Assembly: GCA_964187785.1 (NCBI GenBank)
Contig: OZ076420.1
Coordinates: 17,050,001 to 17,114,000 of the forward strand
Source of the DNA: Amphiscolops sp. MND2022
Lineage: Eukaryota
Direction of reading: 5' to 3'
DNA: 64,000 nt
In this document: positions 11,144 through 23,281 of the stretch, piece by piece
Numbering within the stretch: position 1 is the first letter of the stretch
How the letters are laid out: the number at the start of each line of letters is the position of its first letter
Notes under the pieces: model-generated
Database searches by the model: none
Told to the model about the DNA's origin: nothing
Seen by the model: only the letters and a program-made list of their open reading frames with translations
Made by a program: the position numbers and the translations under genes

Positions 11144-14100
11144 GGATTTCCAGTTTACAGAATTCAATGATCTACCTAGGACCAGTTTGTCGAATTCTAC
11201 AAACTGGTGTTTTACAAACTGGACCTAATTCTCAAAATCAGATGTTTTGCTGGCTTGAAACATCGACTACTGAAATGGCTCTGAGACCTTCAGTCGAAGC
11301 TACCAAGAACATATAACCTGTACATGAATATCATGGAAGGCAGAGTTGTCAGCATTCTGGTGTTTTCTTACTATAGGGTTTTTCTTCAAGGTTTTTCTTA
11401 CAGGTGTTGAAGGGCCATTATTGTTGTCTATTACCCAAAATGAAGCATTTCTTCACTGTTTCACTTGCTGAGATATATATTTCAAAAATAATTTCTGAAA
11501 TCACAAATTTTCGGGAGGGAGTTTAACGTGTAAATAGTACAAAGAAAGCATTGAGAGTTGGATAAAGTTACGTTAGGCTTTAGTGATGAGAGCTATATGA
11601 TTCCGTTTAACTTCGTTGAATGTGAGATGTAGTTAACAATGGTATTGCAGACTTCAGGGTCTAGGAGATTCAATGAGTCAATCTCTTCAGGTCTGATGTC
11701 ACGGTATAGACCACATGCCAGAAAAATGTTCCGCAGTCTCTTCACTTTTGACACAACGACACCTCGGAGATTCCGTCTGTCAATTTTTCCAAGCATAATC
11801 GGCCAAAGCAAAAGAATTGCCATCAGTAATTCACGTATTTTGATGGCTTCATACCTTTGGAGGTTGAAAAGGGGCAATAGAGTGTTACAAGTTGATGGAG
11901 TTTTGGTGAAACATATCAGAAAGACTTGTCAATATTTCTCCACCTCAGGTTCCACAGATGGTAAATGAAAGGTCTGACATGTGGCTGTTTATGTCGTACA
12001 ATTTTGAATTCTCAAAAATTGACCGGATCGTGTAATATGACTCTCGAAGAGGTTAGCAATACTGTCCGGAAAAGAGGAAGATGCATCATGCGTCCAATGT
12101 CGTAAATCCTCATCTAGTTTGAGCTTCAGAAGGTGGCTGTACTCAGAAGGTCAAGAGGGGGCGTGCTCAGCAGAACCTGACATGAGTCGATATTCGGCGG
12201 AAATCCGTGCCTAAAGACTGTCCTTATGAAATTATTCTGTACTACTCTGACGTATTTAGGTTTTTCGTAAGCCGTATTGGTGCTGCATAAAAAGGTGAGG
12301 GTAAGATGGTGGTTTTGTACATCAGAACTACCGTTGAAACTGCAAGGTTCTGTTTTCTACTGCTTAACGACTAACTTATTTTCCAATTACGCTTTGTTTT
12401 CTCAATCTTTTCAGTAGAATGATCCCCGTAGTTGAGCTTGCTATCAATAATTACTCCGAGAGACGGGAGTTCGACGTCATTTGCTTCTGAGTTGAAAAGG
12501 AATAATTCAGTTTTTCCTCCGTTCACTAACATTCTCCAATCATCAGACCACTTCTCGATATCGGAACACGCTTTTCGAAGGGTGACAGATAACTCTGATG
12601 GATCTTTGCCAGTGACAATTACAGAACTATCGTCTGCAAATTTGAATTTCTGTGCTTGACTACCGAAGAAGTCGTTCAGAAAGATCATGTGGAACGCAAA
12701 TGTTAATCTGGAACTTCGGAGATTGGTATCCATGCAATTCGATGGAAGAGACTCTAGTTTTCAGAAACTATTTAATTATCCGATAAATTTTGCAAGAAGT
12801 ATTGTGTTTCACCAGTTTAAAAAGAAAGCCGTCCACCCACACGCCATCGAAAGCCTCTTCGAGGTCAATGTTTGGCAGAGTCGAGATAGCAGCAGTTTGC
12901 TGAGATAATGGCTGGGAAATAATATAAAGTAATATTTGTGTTTTGCATTTCAGCTGAATGCAATCTCCGTGTGCCGATCACCTGTATGTCATCCCATCCA
13001 CCCTTCCAACATGATGACCAACATGGCAACATATTAATGACAAGAAAGCAGATAAGGATCTAACGTCCAAGATTTAACCTTTTGACAAACTTTGCCGAAG
13101 AGCCCAAAAGGGAAAATGCCGAAGATCTAATTTTTGAATGTTTTTCCTTATAAAGACTTGTTCGCACCCTTTCTAAGATTTAGACTTTGTAACGACCTTA
13201 TCTAGTGCATCGCGGCCTCCAGAGGACGTCTTGCTTAGCGAAGTCGAGAAGGAGAAAAATCCTAACGTGAGTGGATGTTGCGAAGCGATCGAGTGGTAGC
13301 TGATTCTTTTAGCGGCGAGCACCAGCGTGCATACAACAGCTTTGGCAACGCCTTCACCCAGAAAGGCAGGAGCTGGCAATTAAAAAATGATATTCCAATA
13401 ATTGCAATAATTGATAAACAATTATTTAATTACTATTCTTTTCAATTATCAATAATTGATTGCGTGCTTTCAATAAATGCAATAATTGTTATTCAGCATA
13501 TTTCGGGTGACCATGTCGAAAAATCAAGCTGAGATGTGAAAACATTCTTTAGATTACTCGAAAATGAACGTGATACTTGGCTTTGCAATTGTGGCCAGGA
13601 ATTGAAGCAGCGAAAAGGTACAGGTTGGAGCAATTTGAATGCTCATATAAAAGTGCAACATCAGTAGAAAATTGAAACAATTGTAAATATTCTACATGAT
13701 CAGCCAAGATTGAGTCACTCAATCTATGGCATCGTAAGCAAAAAAGCTAAAAATTTGTTTGATTTGTTGGATTGGGTGTGTATGGAACTCAAGCCATTCG
13801 AGTTCGTCTAGTGAGATCTCACAAGAAAATATACCACCTTGTACCCAATTTGTTCTCGAAATCTTTGACAGAACGCCTGCTATTGTTTTAGCTGTGGTGG
13901 CTGATAACTGCGAACTCAATAAAGCCATTTGCGACATCCAATTGAAGCCACTGATCGGTTGTGCGTCTCATTGCTTGGTATTGGCTGTCCAAGATTATAT
14001 TAAAGGTAATCAATCAGTCATTAACAAAATTCACCAATTGATGGTTAAACTCAGAGGAGTGAAGCTGAGTGCTAAACTCAGGCAACATACTAACTTGCGT

Positions 14101-17100
14101 CCTGTTCTTTTCAATGCAACAAGGCGGTCGAGTGTCTTTGATATGATATGCCTTTATCGTGAATTTAAATCAATATTACAAGAAGAGATGCAATCTGAAG
14201 CCAATATAGTTGACCTATTACTTTCTCCCAAAGAAAACTGTGAAGTGGATTGCTTATTTTCAGAACTAAAAGATTTCAACTCCGTGAGTGTTGCGCTGCA
14301 AAAAGAAAAACTAGATAGAGTGTCCACTGCCCGATTGCTTATTGACAAAGCGGCTAAAAAGTTTCCAAAACTTGATCCAGAGAAAAAGTATTTCGCAGGA
14401 AACGCCCGTATTGTGAAGAATAAGAATTTTGTAAAAATTCGTAATGGGAAAGAAAACGAGCTCAGCTTGCCTGAAATTTTACAATGCCTGAAGATGACTA
14501 ACAAAACCAAACTCCGGTAATAGCAGAGATTGATTTCGCTGAATCAATTCTGCAAAAGAGGCAGAAAAAAATGGGGATGAATCGAAATACCTTAACTGTC
14601 GCTTCTTGTTTCTGACATCCAATATTTTGGAAAGGTTTTTTAGTGCTGCAGGCTATGCTCTGAATGATTTGAGACAGAATATAACCCCCGAAGATTTAGA
14701 ACAACAACTGTTCCTTCGGGCGAACAGAAAGGGAGTGTACGCCTTTGATCTAATTGCTTGGGTCTAATGGGATTAGATCTAACTGTTAGGTCTAATTTTC
14801 AGATCTTATTTTTGTCTAAAATACTTAGGTCTAACCCCTTTATGATCTAATATGTGTTCTGAAAGCGAAAATATAATGTGCAGCATATGCGATGTATGCC
14901 CGCTCGCCCAACCCTTCACAAAGACATGCTCTCACTACGATCGCTTCGGGATCTCCGTTCTCGCTAGGTCTTTGCTCCTGTTCGACCTCGCTTAGCAAGA
15001 TGGGATTATAAGCGGCCCCAAGGGGCTGCGGGGCACTAGAGGAAATGGGGACATATCCGAGGCACGTTTTATACTTTATGTCACTTTTTAGTTTTAGATC
15101 CTAATTGATTTATTTTTTTCTCAATTTTGATCAAATTATAAGAGATTTTTATACCTGATTATTTAGATCAATTTATTTAGAACTCAGTTTTGCCCCTTCT
15201 ATTAGATCTATTTCATTAGACCTGATTCCACGTAGCTAACAAAAAGTACTGGACCGTTAAAACGGTCAATTCTGTTCTTTCTGATTAATATCGTTGCGTA
15301 ATTGTTTTTTTCCGATTGATTTTTGTTGCCGGTGGACGTTTGGATCGAATGAATATGCGCGAATATGCATACTGTCACTGAGATCGAACTAAAAAGATCA
15401 ACGATAATGAGATCGAATAATCAAGGTTTTCAAACACTTAGCGTTTTTAAATAACAATGTTTTTGGCCGTCGGATGTGCCCCCATTTCCTCTAGTGTACC
15501 GCGGCCCCTTGGGGCCGCTTATGTTACCATCTTGCTAAGCGAGGTCGAACAGGAGCAAAGACCAGGCGAGAACGGAGATCGCGAAACGATCGTAGTGGGA
15601 GCTGGTCTTTGCGACGGTGAGGGCTAGCGTGCATACACCGAATATGCCCTCACAGCAGGGAAAGTACTGAAAATGTCGTGAGATATTTACGAAACGTAAA
15701 ATTTTAATCTTGAATGAAATTATTTGAGATCTGACTATTTTATAAAATCAATGGAAGGAGAAAAATAAATTTTTGTATCAATTTTATGTTGATCAATACA
15801 AAAAAGTTTCCCAATGTTAAAACGTTTTCAATTCCAAGGAATCATCATCAGTAACTAAAAATACACAATCATTTTTGAAGACCCAAGGTATGAAGCTAAA
15901 AACATCACGCAATGGCGTAAATCATGTACAATAAAAATGAGATAGAAAATATATCATAGAGGGAAACAAAAAAAAATCCAACAACTATAACTTTAACGTT
16001 AGGTCCCTCGAGCGGTATTCCTCTCGTTGGTTCAATATCGGCCCAGTCCTCGCGATGTACAGACCTTCCATCGTCAGTAATTTGTTGACGTTGGTGCATC
16101 GGTCCAGTACCGTCGCCGTCACGTCGCCTGTTTTATCTGCGCATTCACCAAAATACCTTCTCAGTGGCGATGACTTCCTCCTGTGTTCTCCCAGTCTAGT
16201 GATCACATGGCTGACCGTTTGGCCAGGGCACGGTAATAAGTTCGAACGCATAAGTTCGAATTTTAATTTCGAATGGACTAAGTTCGAATTTTCCAAAAAC
16301 CGGAACGAATTCGAATCACTGTGTTCGAATTTTGAACAAACCGCCGTAAGTATAAAACGTGCCCCTGATGTTTCCCCAGGTCGTCTAGTGCCCCGCGGCC
16401 CCTTGGGGCCGCTTATGTTCCCATCTTGCTAAGCGAGGTCGAACAGGAGCAAAGACCTAGCGGGAACGGAGATCGCGAAGCGATCGTAGTGGGAGCTGGT
16501 CTTTGTGACGGTGAGGGCGAGCGTGCATACACCGGATTTGCCCAACATTAGAAAGGTAAAGTACAGAAAATTTTTTGAGACATTTACGAAAGGTAATATT
16601 TACTCTTGACATACCGGATATGCCCGATATGAAAATTCGAACTTGGTGTCTCGAAACTATTCCTATTCGAACTTATTCCACTAGTTCACATTCGAACTTA
16701 GTAAATCGAACTTATTGCCCGAAGCCGTTTGGCCGACATAGCGGGAGTAGCATCCCGGACATTCAATTTGGTAGATCACTTTACTCGAAAGTTCTTCAGG
16801 TATTGGATCCTTTAGGCTTGGTAGGCAGCTTTTGAGTTTCCTGGTGGTGAAAATAGTCGACACTCCATGGTTTCGCAGTCTGCGTGCGAATCTATCGCTT
16901 TCCTGGCCCCTATACTGTCAAACATCAGAAGCGGGCGCCGTTCCTTGCTCTTTTCCACAGCTTTCCCCTCACCTGTGTCCTGTCGGTTGATTGGACTTGC
17001 GACATTCCGAATCTTGTTGATAGTGTCCCGAACAATATTTCCATAAAATTAAGAGGATATCCATTTTGCTCAAACGTCAGTTGTGCCTTGGCTACGCCAT

Positions 17101-18519
17101 CATGGAAGGCAATCCAGTCTGTCGTTGTATGGTTTATTCGGTGGATGGTTCCCTCTACAACGTTCCTCTTATATTGGGTTGGCGCCAAGCTGTGAAAGTT
17201 TAGCATCAAACCGGTGTCAGTCGGCTTAGTGAACCACTTCGTTTCAAGGCTATCTTGGTGTCGGACGATCTTCATGTCCAAAAAAGACAACGCTCCTTCA
17301 CTTTCCAATTCCATTGTGAATTCAAGGTTTCTATGGAGGCTATTCGCCATCTTAAGGAGAGTGTCAACATCATTTATGTTGATCAATTGTATTACGTTAC
17401 TTTTGTACTACTTTCATGTTCCACGTTTCCGATTTGCTTTTTTGTACCATGGTTTTATCCGCTTCTGCGTTTTTTTGTTGCACTACTTTTTGTTCGATGT
17501 TTACAACTGAACATGTGATTTTGTCAATTTGATCTACGTATTTGCAAATTTTGCGTGCCAAAAGTTGTTTTAGTCCTATTTCGATTAGTCCTATTTCCAT
17601 TAGTTCTAAGGCGGCACTAAAAGAGAATTAGTCCTATTTCCATTAGTCCTATTTCAGTTTCGATTTTTAGTCCTATTTCATTAGTCCGAATTCCTGTCTC
17701 CCTCATTTTTAGTCGGCGCTTCATGAAGTGAAACGCGACTATTATAGTGACTCTTTTTTTTTCTATCCACACGAACTGACCAAAATAGTTTTAAAAGTTC
17801 TACAAAATATTATGGTGTCAAATAACACCATTTGGCCTAGCGAACTGGACCAAAATGGTTTTACCTGTTTTTCCGCGTAAAATATCATACCGGGCGAGAC
17901 CAAAGAGTCCCCCCTTTCAATTTTTTTCGAGACATTTTTTTCGGATTTTTTTTCGTAATTTTTTTTTCCTCAAAGGGTTCCCTGCATTTTTTTTGATGTT
18001 TTGCGACAGAATGGATGTTGGAAAATCCCAAAGGGTTCCTCCTTTCAGTTTTTTTCGGCATTGTGAGATGTTATCCCGAAAATAAAAAAAAATTTTTTTC
18101 TTCAATTTTTTCATGTTTCGCGACAGAATGGATGTTGAAAAACCTCAAAGGGTCCCCCCTTTCAGTTTTTCGGCATTGTGAGACGTTAGCGCGCCAGGGG
18201 CTCGCGGTAGCGAGCCCCGGCGCGCCACTCGGTCCATTTTTTTAGTAGGTAATTTTTTCAAAAAAAATTTCGAAAAATTTTCAATTTTCGACTACTGTAA
18301 ACGAATACTTGACACTTGGAAGTCTTTTTGCTATTTTTGAGCCTTGGATATGGCGCCGACTTGGGCCGGTCCCGGCTTGTTTACTGTTTCATGTGACTCA
18401 ATTATTGCAATTAATAATTGCAATAATTGAGTCACATGAAACAGTAAAAAATGAGGGAGACAGGAATTCGGACTAATGAAATAGGACTAAAAATCGAAAC
18501 TGGTATTGCCAATTATTGG
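11144..18519 (+). repeat. Tandem segmental duplication, copy 2
   Basis: Same content as copy 1 with scattered substitutions; lacks ~180 bp present at ~4436-4619 and has an extra HINE-like insertion at ~17711-18381. Confidence 0.95.
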
Positions 18520-18612
18520 TATCAAATATTGATTGGCAAGTATTTTCATCAATTATTAATTGAATTATTTTTTGACCCCATTTATTTTCCAATTTTTAAT
18601 TGCCAGGCCCTG
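13367..18612 (+). mobile_element. Complete hAT element with nested insertions
   Basis: 20-bp TIRs with 18/20 match (CAGGAGCTGGCAATTAAAAA / TTTTTAATTGCCAGGCCCTG); perfect 8-bp TSD CAGAAAGG at 13359-13366 and 18613-18620. Confidence 0.9.
17711..18381 (-). mobile_element. Helentron/HINE-like non-autonomous element, family 1
   Basis: Hairpin end TTTAGTCGGCGC...CGACTATTATAGT; other end GCGCCGACTTGGGCCGGTCCCGGCTTGTT. Absent from the homologous site in copy 1 (CTCATTTTTTACTG); inserted in a T run with no TSD. Confidence 0.75.
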
Positions 18613-19020
18613 CAGAAAGGCGTTGTCAAGCCTGCATGCCCTAGCGTTTTTTTAGAAACCCATGTTCGATCTTACTCGTTAGATTCCAGGCGTATACCAT
18701 TTTGAAAAAAATCGCGATAGATCCTATTCAATTATGAAATTAGACCGTAGTGTTAGATCCTAGTAGCGGCTCCCAATGGGATATAAGGACAGTTCGACTG
18801 TCTGAAAACCTGTATTTCTTAACCGTCTCAAAAATGTCACCAGGAAATGAACAACCTAATGGAAAAAATCAGCAAGCGACGGTTCATTGAACTTGAATGA
18901 ACGGTTCATTGAACCAATGTTTGAATGTGAATTGAATGATTGTTTTTCCTCCACAGTCATTCAAATAGCTCCTCCAAATTCATGTCTTTCAGCCTGTTAT
19001 GTGGGTGAAGTCTAATAATT

Positions 19021-22000
19021 ATGGGATCTGAAGATTTACCTGAAGCTGAGTTAGATCTTGATTCTAAAAGTAGCTGGGACAAAATAGACGACGATGATGA
19101 TGACATCGATCCGGGAGATGGCAAAAGCAAGCGATATGAAAAAATTCAGTTTTTAGGCGAAGGACAATATGCTACGGTTTGGAAAGCTCGTGATACCCAA
19201 AGTAAAGATAAAATAGTTGCCGTGAAAAAGATCAACCAAGGAACGAAAGAAGAAATTCGAGATGGTATCAATCGGACAGCAATTCGAGAGATAAAGTTCA
19301 TGCGCGAGCTTTGTCATGAAAACGTGCTCGGCCTTTTAGATGTCTACGGCGGCAAATACAATATGAATCTTGTTTTCGAGTTCATGGAAACTGATTTAGA
19401 GCAAATAATTAGAGAACCAGACATCATTATTTCCGCTTCTGATATCAAACGGTATCTCATTATGACTCTCAGTGGATTGGAATACCTACATGACAGATGG
19501 CTTCTGCATCGTGATTTGAAACCTAATAACTTGTTGATTGATCCAAATGGAGTTTTGAAAATTGCTGATTTTGGTTTAGCTAGATTTTACGGGAGCCCGT
19601 CCAAGCAAATGACATCAGATGTAGTCACCCGGTGGTACAGGTACGCATGTGTTCTTTCAAATGAAATTCAAAGTTGAGTGACTTCCGAGATGCTAGCTCC
19701 AAATTTCATTGATATAGTATTAAAAAAATTCGAGCATAGGCAGTAAATTCGAAAGTGTCAAAGTTTCAATTGTTCGGACAAAATATTTTTTTCTAAATGA
19801 TTTTATCTCTCGCAAAAGTAATTAGTTTGTAACAAATTAAATTGCGGGCACATATTTTTGTAGCGCTAATTGTGATGTTTTTTTTTCGACGTCGTTATAT
19901 AAACTTTGAAAAGGAAATCGAAATAAACTTTGAAATCAAAAATGAAACGATATTCCGCTTTGAAATTGAAGCCATGTATTATTTTGGATACATTAACGAT
20001 GACGAGATGATGAATCGTTGTCTACATTTTGTCCTTTCTGAAAAACGATGTTGGTTTTGATTACATAAGATGTGATTTTTCTTGCCAGGAAGTAGATGAA
20101 TGAATTAAATTGCGGACACTTAAAGTGAATGTGAAGTTCTTATTAGTAACTTCTGATTGTATCATTGTTGATGATTATTCGCCCAGACTGACGGTGCTAC
20201 AATGAATGAGAAAAGTAAGTCTCTAGAACTCTTACTGAGTCAAACAGGGACACCAGAGTACGTTTGATGTAGAACTTTCGTGCTGTAAGTAGATTAACAT
20301 GCCGAGAACGGCATTTTTGAGCCATACCTAAGACTCAAAAATGTCAAAGACCATACCTAAGCACAAGGACTTCAAAGTGTCAAGTATTCTTTTTTACAGT
20401 ACCCCAAAAACCCCGAAGTTGGACCGAACTGGCGCCCTAAAAGGGGGACCCTTTGGGATTTTTAGGAGTCGGAAAAAATTTTCGACTACTTATGCAATCG
20501 TGTTTTTTGTTTTTTTTCTCCCGACCTTTTCATGAAAATTTCAAATTTCTCAAAAACTGTCCATACGATTTTCATAAAATTTGGCACAGTCAATCTACAC
20601 CCAAAGGGGTCCCTGCGTGCGCAAAGGCATCAAAATCGTATGACTGGAATGTGAGAAACTTAGCCAAAAACAGTCATTTTTCGACTTTTTTTGATTTTCT
20701 CAAAAACTGTCCATACGATTCGAACGAAATTTTCTAGTCATTTTCTACACCATAGTATGGTCCTATGTGTGCAATTTCAATAATTTCGTATGACTGGGAT
20801 TGAAGCGAGTCAGAAGGAAAAAAACGTAAGCCGACTTCTTTACCGCATATGCGGCTCTGGTTTAACATCCTTTCAGTTGCAAAATATCAAAAAAATTGGA
20901 GGAGGGACCCTTTGTAGACATTAAAAAAATTTTCAAAAAAAGTCTCACAATGCCGAAAAAATTGAAGCGGGCCCTTTAGTCTCGCCCGGTATTGTATGCT
21001 ACGCTGAAAAAAGAATAACTTTTATAGTTCAGTTCCATGGGCCAAATGTTCCAATTTGGCCCCTTCAAATTTTGTAGAACTATTTTGGTCAGTTCGTGTG
21101 GATTTTGAAAAAAGAGTCACTATTATAGTCGCGTTTCACTTCATGAAGCGCCGACTAAAAATGGAACATGGACGAAATGCATCACAAGTCAGACCTTAAC
21201 GGTGATCCTTCTTTTCAGGCCCCCTGAGCTTCTGCTGGGCGCTCGTCAGTACGGCACTGGCATCGACATCTGGTCTGTAGGATGCATCCTAGCCGAACTT
21301 CTCTTACGCTGTCCGCTATTCCCCGGAGACTCAGACGTCGACCAGCTTAGTCGTATTTTCTCTGTCATGGGCACTCCGACGGATGTCAACTGGCCAAACC
21401 ACCAGGCAGAAACCGAAAAATGAATCCCAATTTCTTTTGCGTGGTAGAAATTCAAACAATTATTTAAAAAAAAACAGATCACATTACACCAACACAATTA
21501 CGGTCAATAAAATCAAAACGAAATATCGAAACCTTGCAGATAAATTGCTGCACTTCTTTAGGTCAGACCAAGGATAATTGGCATCTAATCAATAGCAAAG
21601 GGATATGGCTAATCTTTGCCAAAATTGTAACAGCAATGATGATCATTATATTTAGAAAGGATTTTTGCGAATGTTCCGAGTTTTTCAGTAACTTCGTAAA
21701 GATACATACTTATATTTGAGATCCAATTTTTGTCTATGTTTCACGACGTGATCGGCTGAGACAAATATTCTCAGGCAAGTTGACGGAAAATGTCGAAATA
21801 TTTCCTATCTTTACAATGAAGGCTTGTAATTTCTTATCCCATTTGCTGTAACTGCCTTTATGGACATGAGGAAATAAGTAGGCACTGAAGCAAACTATTT
21901 TTCACAATTGATTTTTGTATTATTTTATGAAATCGTCTTATAGGCTGAGAGTCGTTATCAGCCGATTAAAATTGTTTTCGTTCAGTCAGATTGTCTCGAA

Positions 22001-23281
22001 GAGGACTTTAGGCGCAAAAAGACCCCATTTTCTTCGAGTTCTGAATAGCGGACGATTTTGATTCTGCTGATTGTCTAGAATCCAGTGGAATATTTTTGTG
22101 CCACAAACATTCGAAATGAAATAATAGCAGCTTTCTTAAAGGAAACTTGAATAGCAATCTTACTGCAGTCAGGACCTCCTATAGTGAAGCTTCTCAGTGG
22201 AGTTTTTTGTCGAGTGAAACTTAGCAAACAAGTAGCAGGCAAAACTTCCAAAAAATCAAAACCACGATAAGCCTTACTTACGCTTAACCGTGGCTGTGTC
22301 TAATTCTCCCCGTCTTTACCGCTGAAGTTTTCAAGCATTGATGTGAACTAGATGAAATTCTAAGACTTTTATTATTGATTTTTATCGAAATTGTCCACGG
22401 GCTTCGAGAGATGAGACTGATCACAGTCCTGTAGTGTAAATTTTAATCAAAAAAAATTGTCTAAGCTGGCGTCCGTTAAAGGCTGAAAAAATGCAATGTT
22501 TTTAAAGGCGCCCAAAAAAGCCCAGTGTATGGAATAGGCAGCGGCGTCTCCTTAGATTTTTAAGGGGTAATGCGAAATCAATTTTTATCAGAGAAAAATC
22601 TTGAATGTATGTAAGTTTTGAATTTCGAAATACGGTAGGATTTTTCACCGAGAAAGAAAACAAAAACCACAAAATTTTTATAATTCTTTCTATTATCTTT
22701 TCTATCTATCTCTTTCTAAAAGGCTTTTTCTGTGCCCTTTAAAAGGTTTCAAAAGTGTACTTTCAAAAAAAACTTTAGACTACCGTTTAAAAATATTCAA
22801 CTGATTTGCCTAGTTGATTTTTTTTCGAAGAAGGGGCGGCTGCTTGGTCGCATCGCCCTAAAAACGCCATTGGGAACAGGTATTAGCCCAGACTTTTATC
22901 CAAAACGTTACCAAACAACTAGAAACTACAATTTCAACAAGTTGAACAAGTTTTGCCTCGTTTTTCATTTTCGATTTCTGTGGCCAGACACTGCGCTTTT
23001 TCATGCAGTTCAAATACATGCCGAAGGTTTCACTGGATGGTGTTTTGCCGATGGCGCACGAAGATTTGATAGAAGTGGCGGATAGTATGCTAGTCCTGAA
23101 CCCCCTCGGGAGAACTACTTGTGCCCAAGCCTTGCAGATGAGTTTCTTTTCCAACTACCCTCCACCCACCTGTTGCTCCAAACTGCCCAAGAAACCCTCC
23201 TCACCCTCTCGCCAGGGAGGTTTGAAGCGGAAAGCCAGTTTGCTTGAAGATAGTTCTGTTTGCAAAGCTTTAGTTTTTTAA
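19021..23281 (+). CDS. CDK7: Cyclin-dependent kinase 7 (CAK); exons 19021-19640, 21219-21405, 22988-23281; ~366 aa
   Basis: [41 protein letters not shown]...VVTRWYR|[20 protein letters not shown]...[13 protein letters not shown]. Phases 2 and 0 are consistent. Intron 1 GT-AG; intron 2 GC-AG. Confidence 0.93.
20297..21162 (+). mobile_element. HINE-like family 1 element in CDK7 intron 1, with a nested family-3 element (20460-20862)
   Basis: Ends ...CACTATTATAGTCGCGTTTCACTTCATGAAGCGCCGACTAAAA, a reverse-complement match to 17711-17850. The nested element has AGGAGTCGG / CCGACTTCT subTIRs plus an ACCGCATATGCGG hairpin. Confidence 0.7.

Larger units (their letters stand above)
4254..11145 (+). 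repeat. Tandem segmental duplication, copy 1 (~6.9 kb)
   Basis: Near-identical to 11144-18519; ORF pairs are offset by about 6.7 kb (e.g. 4884/11593, 10223/16925). Junction has GG microhomology. Confidence 0.95.
6658..11145 (+). mobile_element. hAT element, 5' portion (copy 1, truncated by the duplication junction)
   Basis: TIR CAGGAGCTGGCAATTAAAAA at 6658, preceded by CAGAAAGG; CAATTA/TAATTG subterminal repeats; transposase remnant follows. Confidence 0.85.
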
